Origin: Bugula neritina
Taxonomy: Eukaryota; Animalia; Bryozoa
Length of the DNA stretch: 9,909 nt
Assembly: GCA_964035545.1 (NCBI GenBank)
Contig: CAXIUT010000040.1
Coordinates: forward strand, 1-9,909
Direction of reading: 5' to 3'
In this document: one piece after another, positions 1 through 8,195 of the stretch
Numbering within the stretch: the stretch's first letter is position 1
Layout: the number at the start of each line of letters is the position of its first letter
Made by a program: the position numbers and the translations under genes
The notes under the pieces: generated by a model
The model's database searches: none
Seen by the model: the letters and a program-made list of their open reading frames with translations, nothing else
What the model was told of the DNA's origin: nothing

Positions 1-105
1 CCCAACCCCAACCCCAACCCCAACCCCAACCCCAACCCCAACCCCAACCCCAACCCCAACCCCAACCCCAACCCCAACCCCAACCCCAACCCCAACCCCA
101 ACCCC
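1..105 (+). repeat. Left telomere, (CCCCAA)n, about 17.5 perfect copies
   Basis: Perfect C4A2 hexamer array at the window start; this is the Tetrahymena-type ciliate telomere, in the orientation expected for a chromosome left end. Confidence 0.98.
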
Positions 106-270
106 TAAAGAAGATAATTTTTATTAAAGAAATCATTAATATAATTTTTAATTATTTTCTTCTCACTTCTTTGTACATTTTTTTTTTAATTACCAATAAT
201 TTTTTTTCTTTAATCTTTGTTTATTATTTTCAATTATTGAAAATATTATTTTATAAGGGAATATCATCAT

Positions 271-675
271 ATGAAGTTTACTCACAACGCAATTACTTCC
301 ATAACTGTGTAAAAAGTTGAGAATATTATTACTTCTATGACACGAGCTGGTTTGGGAGATGATACTTACAGACGGCAGAGAGATAAATAAAGATATTTAA
401 AATTTAAATCTTAACAGGCTTAAAAAGAGGACAAAATGAGAGAGTAATTTTTATATTTACGTTCTTAAAAAATTAGATTGGTTTAAGAGAGAACTTTAAA
501 GAAAAAATTACAAAGAAATAAGAAGAAAGAGCGACAAAAGCAGTTGAAAAAGAAATCTCAGCTCTTAAAAAAACTTTAAGAAAATCAATTAGAAGAGGAT
601 GATTTTTAAAGTGAAGATTAATCTCAAAAATTTAAAGTTGAAATAGCTTCAAATGAAAAAGGTTAATAGCAATGA
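271..675 (+). CDS. PRKRIP1: PRKR-interacting protein 1-like (DUF1168) spliceosome-associated protein, 134 aa with UAR=Glu
   Basis: ATG271 to TGA673-675 is open if TAA/TAG are sense. Translation ITVEKVENIITSMTRAGLGDDTYRRQRDKERYLKFKSEQAEKEDKMREEFLYLRSEKIRLVEERTLKKKLQRNKKK follows the PRKRIP1 pattern (V-x-N-x-x-G-S-x-AGAGSG-x-F-x-x-YR-x-x-RR-x-E...EF...EE-x-TAK-x-R-x-KR-x-KKK), with a divergent core. Confidence 0.75.
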
Positions 676-865
676 TTGAATTAAAATAAACTTGATATAT
701 TTTTTTGAATCAGATATTTAGTCTTCACAATTTTAAATAATTGGAGAATATTTGATAATTTATTTATATAGAAGATATTTTGGAATTAGAAGATTAAGTT
801 CATCGATGTTTTAATTTTATATTAAAAATTATAAAAGTTATCTAGTGATAAAATAATAATAATTA

Positions 866-3205
866 ATGAGATCAACATCATTGAAGAATCTTGATGATAT
901 ATATATCGAGTAGGAGTAAACAATTAATTAAAAATTTAAATAATATGTCCATTCGAAAAACAACATTATCTTACATGACTAATTACTCAGATTCACTGAA
1001 GAATAAGTGTTAATTATATCGAAAAGGTTTAAAGAATTATGCAGTAATCGATAAAATATGAATCTTGAACAGTTTAGAAAAGGTCTAGGTCTTCTTGGTA
1101 GATAAGACTCTTTTATCTGTAGAATATTTAACCTAATAGATGATAATAATGATGGCTAAATCACTTTAAAAAACTATCTTAACTATCTAAATATTATACT
1201 TAAAGGCAATGATCTTGAAAAAGCACGTTTTGGATGGTTAATTCTGACTTAGAAAAAAGGTGATATGGAATTTAAAGATTTTATTTAACTTTTTCATGAA
1301 ATATCCATTGTTTGGAATACTCTGACTGGATAAATAGTTATTCCAAAAAAAAAGTATATTGAAGAGTTATTTAATACTTTTGATGTTGACCAGGATCAAA
1401 CAATTACCTTTAATGAGTATTTTTTTTTATTATTAAGTTATCGATTATTTTTCAATTAACACTTACAGTTATCAGGATGGTTTTAGTACTTTAATGGACT
1501 TTAATATGATGAAAAAAGTTCAAAAAAGGAGTTCGAAAATGTGAGAAAAAAGATGAGAAACAAACTTTAACTTGAAGAAAGTCATTAGATAAATTAAACA
1601 TTTGATCAATTGAAAATACAGGGATATGATTTTTAATTGAATATTGAGAAAAAACTATTAAATTTAACAAAGAGTATGAGAGAAGTTGCTTAAGAAGTTC
1701 GATTAAAAAGAGATCAAATAAATAAAATATAAAGATAAGAAGAATATTATAATTCATCATTTTTTAATTTTAACTAGAATAATTCAACAGAAAAAACTAT
1801 TAAAACAGCTAGCTAATAAAACAGTATGATATCAATTAAGAGTTTTTACAAATACAATCATGAAAGTCTTTTCGAGAGTTCTATTAATAAAATTCACTTA
1901 AGAAAATAACAATTATAAAAATAAACAAAAAATACTCTTAACTATTAAATATCAAAATAATTAAAAAATTTTTTAAATAACACATATTATCTTATGAACC
2001 TATGCAAAAAATATCGATAAATAAAACTTAAATAAAGAAGATACTCACCAACTAAACTAAAACAAATGCAAGTTAAACTTCATTTAGTAAGTTAGAAAAA
2101 TTAAATGTCTGAAAAATAAGCAAAAAAAAAAATGACAGTCTACTTTGGACATTAAAATTGGAATTTAGTCCTTAATATCATGGTCGGATTGAGAAAAAGT
2201 ATAATTTCACTTTCTGGTCCTTCAAAAATCAATGAGTCTCACTTTAGTTTGAATTCACGTCATTAGTTTTATTTAGGAGCTAAAGCTTATAATAATGAAG
2301 GTCCTGAGGCTTTAAAAAATACTTAAAGTTTTTTATTCATTGAAATGTTTCCCTAAGTATTTTAAAAATTGAGAAATAAATATGGAGTTTCGAATAATGA
2401 GTATCAAAGGTCAGTTGGACCTGAAGGTCTTCTTAACCAATTACTTACTGGTGACTTGACTGCTTTAAATTAAAAGTGCTCAACTGGAAAATCAGGAGCT
2501 TTTTTTTACTTAACTTCTGATAATCGTATTTTTTTGAAAACATTACCCCAGCATTAGTTCATTTTTTTCACTAAAATCATATTCAATTATTATCAACATA
2601 TGATGGAACATTAGAACACTTTAATTGTTAGAATTTTTGGACTTTATAAATTAAAAATTTTTCAAAATAAACAAAAATTGAATACTATTTATTTCATTAG
2701 TATGTAAAATATTTTTTGGAAGGTAAAGGCATCATAAGACTGTCAAATACAAGAAGTTTACGATCTAAAAGGAAGTCTTTATGGAAGAACTGGTTCTGAA
2801 GGAGGAGAGCTAAAAGACCAAGACTGGATATAAAATAATAAAAAAATAGAGCTTCCCCAATAACTAGGAGAACTTTTTCGGGAACAAATTACAAATGATA
2901 GCAGATTTTTCAAAAAAAATAATATCAATGACTATTCTTTAATGGTAGCTTTCGTTAAATATGAAGAAATTTTAAATTCATAAGTTGAAGGAAATTTATT
3001 TAAAAGATTTTGTGGAGGTATTCTAAGCAGAAAGAAAGGTCTTCTTTATGTACTATCTATTATAGATATTTTAACAGTGTTTGAGACCAGGAAAAATTTA
3101 GAATATATTTTCAAATCTACATTTCTTAGTAAAGATGTTTCATGCATTCCTCCTTCTGAATACTGTGCTCGCTTTAGATTATTTATTAATGACTCAATCC
3201 ATTGA
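866..3205 (+). CDS. PIP5K: Phosphatidylinositol-4-phosphate 5-kinase with N-terminal NCS/recoverin-like EF-hand domain, ~772 aa
   Basis: One frame without TGA from ATG866 (alternative in-frame ATG806) to TGA3203-3205. N-terminal NCS-like region: FTEEEV..SKRFKELC, RIFNLIDDNNDGEI, FDVDQDQTITFN(D/E). C-terminal PIPK motifs: FGHENWNLVLNIMVG, STGKSGAFFYLTSD..IFLKT, TLIVRIFGLY, YDLKGS, LKDQD, NDYSL, IIDIL, VSCIPPSEYCARF. Confidence 0.95.
1417..1437 (+). other. Putative 21-nt spliceosomal intron in PIP5K (in frame, no stop)
   Basis: GTATTTTTTTTTATTATTAAG has GT..AG ends and the same size class as the required introns. Removal replaces NEYFFLLLSYR with NDYR directly after the EF-hand loop. It is not needed to keep the frame. 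Confidence 0.6.
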
Positions 3206-3260
3206 TATACTAATTTTATTATTTTATTATCTTTTAAAATAGATATTCTTTACAAACTGA

Positions 3261-5743
3261 TCATTATTTCTTCATTGGAGATTTTTGATATCCTCCATTT
3301 CCTCTTGAAAGATATCCTTCCCTACCTCTTGAAGCATATCCATCTCTTCCTGGAGATGAATATCCTTATTTAGCCTTTGATAAATTTATTTCTTTATTCT
3401 GAGAATGATAGTAGTATGAAGAATTAGAATTTCTATTCTGATTTTGATCTCGATTTTTGTTTCCATTTTAATACCCTCCTTTATTTCTATTGTGATATTT
3501 ACTTAGGTTATTATTTTGATAATTTCCTAGATTATGACTTTGATAGTTTCTTTAATAAATAGGTTGCCCAGAATTCTTTCTCTAAGTTTGATGATTTTGA
3601 CTTTGTATTTGATAAAAATGTTGAATTTCAGATGAGTTTTGATAAGGAATTTGGTTTGATTGATAACCAGGGTCACCTTTTTATAAATCTTGACTTCCTG
3701 AATAGTTATCATAAGGGATTCCTCCCATATAGTTCATAATATGAGGTCCTGAATATCTAGAAGAAGGAATCTGATAGTGGGATCCTTGTAGTGAGGGAGG
3801 ATGAGGATGAGGAGGAGGACACATATACATAGGAAAATTAATGTTAATGCTTGTGTTTCCAGCATAAGAATTTTTTGAGCTTCTACCTGTATTTGTAGAT
3901 GGAATATGAGGAACTTCATGTTTTATTTCATTTTTTATTTGAGGATTTTGCGAAGATGTTTGATGTATATAGTAGGGATAATTCCATGGATAATGTATTG
4001 GGTTTTCATATTTTTCATTGTTTTTTCCTTTTTTATTTTCAAAGGTAGCTGCTTCATATTTTCTATTTTTATTTTGAACATACTGATGATCATAGTTGAG
4101 ATAATTATAAGAAGAAGGATAGTAAAATGGATGTGAATCTTCCTGCTTGCTGTGATTAGAGTGAGGATATTAATTTTTTACTCCATTTGAGTCATTATTT
4201 TTATTCAAAGAATCAATATTTAATTGATTTCCTTGATTATTTTGAAGAGAAATGGGTATATGTTGATGATAGTAGTTATAAGATTGAATATTTCTCTACC
4301 ACTATTGTCTTTCTGCTGAAGACATTTTATCATATTTCTATTGTTTATTTGTATTAAATAACTTTACTGTTCTTTTATCTAAACCTGAGGAATAGCTGTG
4401 AGAATATTGAGAAAGCTCTCCTTATTCAATAGATTTTTTTAGACTTTTATTACTCTCTCCAAAACTATTATTCTATTTTATAGAAATAAAAGATGAAGAG
4501 GAAGAACAAGAAGAAGAACAAGAAGAAGAAGAGTATTCCTCTTGCTGTATCTATTCAATTTTAATCTTTTCTTCTATTTTTTTCAATGTTTAACATTTTT
4601 TAATCGGAGAAGATTCAATATTCTTCTTAAGAATATATTTTTTGTTTGAATTTTCTATATTTTCGTGTTATTAGTTGACAGTTGGTCTTAAAATCGTAAA
4701 TACATCTCCTTCTTGGGAAGGTAGAGGTTTAAAATCTTTTTTAAACTTTTAAAGCGAAGTCCCTCTGACAAGTTTATACCTTTCTCTTTCATAATTTCTT
4801 TACTTTCTTTATCTAGCAGCATGAATAGGATTATTTTGAGAGGCAAACATCTGCTTTCTTATAGGAGGTTCGTAAATACTCTTTTTATTTGGGTTTAGTC
4901 TTTTCTTTCCTTTGAGCGAAACGGTATCATCGTTATAAGTATAACGTGAAGAAGGTTTATGTGTAAGTTTGGGTCTAGAATCTACTTTAAAAAAAGTAAT
5001 ACCAATATCAGGATTATCTCCTCGATCACAGTCAAGTAGAGAGTTTGAATATTCTTCAGATGATCCTTATTATGCCATTTTAAGCCTTTGCTCTTCCTAT
5101 TATTCTCGTCTTTTTTCTTATTCTTCATCAGCTTTTTCTTAGCAGCCTTCCCAAAGTTCTTCATAGATGAGACAGATTTGCTTGATATGGTTATTATATT
5201 GACTGAGGTTGATTCTCTCTCGATGTTACTAAGACCGAATATGGTAGTAATAGTTTTTATATTGATCTTTGCACACTGAACATAAAGAATGTTTAGAATT
5301 TGGACGAGGAAAAATCTTAATTTTAAAATATTTACGAGTTGGTTATGTTTTTAAAGAGAGTCTCTGATTTGTTTTTGGTGATCCATGAGTTCTTGCTGTT
5401 AATTTTTTGCGAGCAGACGTTTGTCGACTCCCAATGCAAAAGCAGAAGTGAAAAACTTACAGTCATCATTGTACTCTGGGAAGGTGTGATCTGGAGGAAG
5501 AGGATCTCTTTGAAACTTTGGACAGAATTGAACTTTGATATCATATTTGGAAGAGTTCGTTTTTAAGGTTTGGAGGGAAAATATATGATCTCTACAATCA
5601 TACTCACATCTTCTTTTCCTTTTTCTCTATTCAAACTGCATCAACTTATTTTAATTATTTATACATTGATAGAACTTTTTAAATCTGTTACTTATCTATC
5701 AATCAATATAACCATCATTTAAACTACATTTGTGCGCCTTCAT
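3261..5743 (-). CDS. Dbf4-type zinc finger (zf-DBF) protein with long Asn/Gln/Tyr/Ser/His-rich low-complexity C-terminus, ~800 aa; N-terminal exon structure uncertain
   Basis: Minus-strand frame has no TGA from 5315 to the stop at 3263-3261. It contains CSVCKDQYKNYYYHIRSEEHR (C-x2-C-x9-H-x5-H, ~5220-5282), the Dbf4 motif-C spacing. It joins upstream exons via GT-AG introns 5316-5335, 5645-5664 and possibly 5691-5712. The start could be ATG at 5641, 5718, 5743 or further upstream (~5840) with other introns. Confidence 0.75.
3288..3368 (-). repeat. Imperfect 24-nt coding tandem repeat (~3.4 copies) encoding (E/D/G)GYxSRGR
   Basis: ATATCC recurs at 3288, 3312, 3336 and 3360; the peptide is EGYSSPGR DGYASRGR EGYLSRGN GGYQ. 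Confidence 0.8.
4491..4532 (-). repeat. Coding (TCT/TGT)n microsatellite encoding a poly-Ser/Cys tract
   Basis: The plus strand reads gaagaacaagaagaagaacaagaagaagaa; the minus-strand frame gives SSSSCSSSCSSSSS. Confidence 0.75.
4982..5002 (-). other. Possible 21-nt in-frame intron
   Basis: Minus strand GTATTACTTTTTTTAAAGTAG has GT..AG ends, is AT-rich and matches the size class; it is not required for the frame. Confidence 0.4.
5316..5335 (-). other. 20-nt intron
   Basis: Minus strand GTAAATATTTTAAAATTAAG; removal joins a ~100-codon open upstream exon (5336-5644) in phase 0 to the zinc-finger exon. Confidence 0.8.
5645..5664 (-). other. Putative 20-nt intron
   Basis: Minus strand GTATAAATAATTAAAATAAG lies at a phase-0 boundary of the open exon. 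Confidence 0.6.
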
Positions 5744-5880
5744 ATTTACTAAATCTTTTCAACTTCTCATCTTGCTTATTTATTTCTAAGGAAACAAATC
5801 AAATTCCTTAGTTAAAATCAAACAACATACCAGTAGACATTCATTCCTTTTTCTTAGATAAATTTTAAAATCAAATTAAA

Positions 5881-6858
5881 TCAAGCCTGCATAGTATCAT
5901 CAATTGCTTCGTCATCGTTCACTGAATCTTTAAAATTAAACAATGAAGCTATTTTGGCTGTATTAGATTCGTATTCTTGTTTTAGCTTTTGAATTTATGT
6001 CAAAAACTCTTATTTGAATGCTCCACAAAGATATTTTTTATCTTCTCCTTTTCCTTCTTTCTTAGAGCCTTCCTTAATTTCTTTTCGACTTAATATTGAA
6101 CTTCTTTCGAATGATATTTATGATTAAACAAAAAATGTTTATTACTTCTTGCCTAAATATATTTCGATACTTCCAAAACCTAACTCAAATGGCATTTTCT
6201 TTTCATGATCAAAAACATAACATTTAACTTCAAGAATCTTTAGAAGTTAATTATAATCATCATTATAGATATTTTACTTACTTTCTAAATTTTATTATTT
6301 AGAACTTAGAAGTCTACTCATAGTAATGCTTTATCCTTCAAAAGAAATAAACATCTCATAGTAAAACCAATCTATTTTCCCTTCAAAATTCCTTATTGAA
6401 CTGAGATACTGTATTTATTTAGTAAACTTTTTAAGTCTTTAAGTAAACTTTTTCTTCTCTTATTGACTCAAATATTTATCATGCTTTCTTAATCGATCTT
6501 AGACTAATTTAAAAAGTTATATTATTTTATCAACTTTTTTATTTTTGATCATTAACAAAAAATAGATAAAAAAGATAGTTGTTTCGATATGACTCGAAAT
6601 AAAAAGCTTTTTAATTCTTTTAAAATTATCTGATGAGTAGTGACTAGTAGAACTTTTATGTGAATAATTTTAATCAACCTATTTTCTTTTTTTGTTTCCC
6701 TCTTTTTCAAATATTTCAATTTATTTGATTCTTTAATATTCCATCTCAACTAAACTAAAATACCTTTCAAGAGATCTCATTTGAATATCAACAAATGGTT
6801 TAGCTTGATTTATTTTTCTGTAGAAATCTAATAACAGTTTTTGAAATTATCTTTGCAT
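5881..6858 (-). CDS. Hypothetical protein, 325 aa (UAR=Glu), no family recognised
   Basis: ATG6858 to TGA5883-5881 gives 326 codons with no internal TGA (MQREFQKLLLDFYRKINQAKPFVDIQ...DDEAIDDTMQA*), preceded by an AT-rich spacer. Confidence 0.8.
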
Positions 6859-7122
6859 TATCTTTTTATTAAAATAAAAATATAGAATGAATTGAAACTA
6901 ATCCTTCAAATAAAATAATAATAAAAATAAGAATAAGTGTTTAAGTTCAATAAATCTTTTGGTTTTAAATTAATATTTATTCTATTTATTAAATATCCCA
7001 CTTAAATATAACTAATTAAGATTTTTTGATTGTTCTCCATTTAGAGTTTTTTTTTTGTATATTTGTCTCTCTTCATTATTTACTTTTATCTATTTGATTA
7101 ATTTTTAGTAATCTATTCAAAA

Positions 7123-8032
7123 TCACATTTTATTTAAATCAAACTTTCTACAAGTCTTTATACTTTCCTTTCTCTTGAAAAAAAAATTATTCTCCTTAGA
7201 AATAGACTACAAATCGTCCTCTAATGATAGTAACTTCGCCGACAATCGAATCGATTTAAAAGATTGAATATTCAACCAACAATCTTCTTCCTTATTATTT
7301 ATCCACTTGGAACTTGATTCCATCATTGTAGATAAGTTCTCTTCTCTTTATTTCGATCGTATTTATTAAATAAATGTGACTCTTCGAACTCCTTCCTATT
7401 TCTACTCCTATTTTTAAGCATATTCAAACCTTTCTTCTCCTTCATTCAATATCTTGTATTCTCTTTCATTCATCATCTTTTATTCTCTTTTATTAGTAAT
7501 CCTTTCTCTTAAGAAAATAAAATTTTCATTTTCATCTGAATTACTATCTTCTGAAAGACTAATTTTACTTTGTGTGTTTGATGGAGTGTTAACTTCACTA
7601 ATAATTATCCTTTATTTTTCTATTTAACTCAATAAATGAGGTACTTTCTTATTTTTTTTTTCAGGTTTTCGTTTGATGAGACGAAGAAGGTCTTCTTTGT
7701 TTCTTTGGAAATAGGGATTGGTAAAAGCTGATCCTTCAGAAGATTTTACTTTAGAAAAATTATACATATTGAGCTGTATTATTGATGAATTACTTGTCTA
7801 ATAAAACTTTCATATTTGTGATGCCTAAAGTGACGAGGCAACACATTATTAGTTAGTTTCATAATATTTTTGATGATAAAACTCTTTCCTTCATGCTGCC
7901 AGGAAATAATTTATGCGTTTTAAGGATGCTTAATGGAAAATAAAATACAGATAGAATTGAGTAAGTTTTAAGAACAAAGGTTGCAATCGGCTAGAAATAG
8001 CTCTATTTATCCTCATAAAAGCTATTGTTCAT
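7123..8032 (-). CDS. HSF: Heat-shock factor (HSF)-type DNA-binding transcription factor, 289 aa as assembled, 2 introns
   Basis: After removing introns 7929-7948 and 7774-7793 it reads PIATFVLKTYSILS|HPENAEIISWQHEGKSFIIKNIMKLTNNVLPRHFRHHKYESFIRQ|LNMYNFSKVK...FTNPYFQRNKEDLLRLIKRK, the canonical HSF DNA-binding domain (SFxRQLNMY signature). It ends at TGA 7125-7123 (see frameshift finding). Confidence 0.95.
7774..7793 (-). other. 20-nt intron splitting the HSF SFIRQ|LNMY motif
   Basis: Minus strand GTAATTCATCAATAATACAG; removal exactly restores the RQLNMY signature. Confidence 0.95.
7929..7948 (-). other. 20-nt intron in the HSF DNA-binding domain
   Basis: Minus strand GTATTTTATTTTCCATTAAG; removal restores FVLKTYSILS-HPENAEIISW in frame. 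Confidence 0.93.
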
Positions 8033-8195
8033 TTCTTATTCTCACCACGACCACAATATGTTTACAAGTTATCTATTCATTAAATCAGATATCTATGTAG
8101 AACTGTTATTTAGCAAAATTGCTTTGTCAATATTTAAAAATTAAATCGTCCGAGAAATATAATGAGTGCCTCTTGCTATAATATAAAATATCTAA

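Noticed and set aside
106-270. Tetrahymena chromosome breakage sequence or a shared subtelomeric motif
   Set aside because: No match to the 15-bp Cbs was seen. The weak AAGA(A)AGAT similarity between the two ends is not distinguishable from chance in AT-rich DNA with only two ends.
5818-5880. In-frame extension of the hypothetical gene past TGA5881
   Set aside because: Only 20 codons with no supporting homology; more plausibly the spacer or 5' region of the downstream zinc-finger gene.
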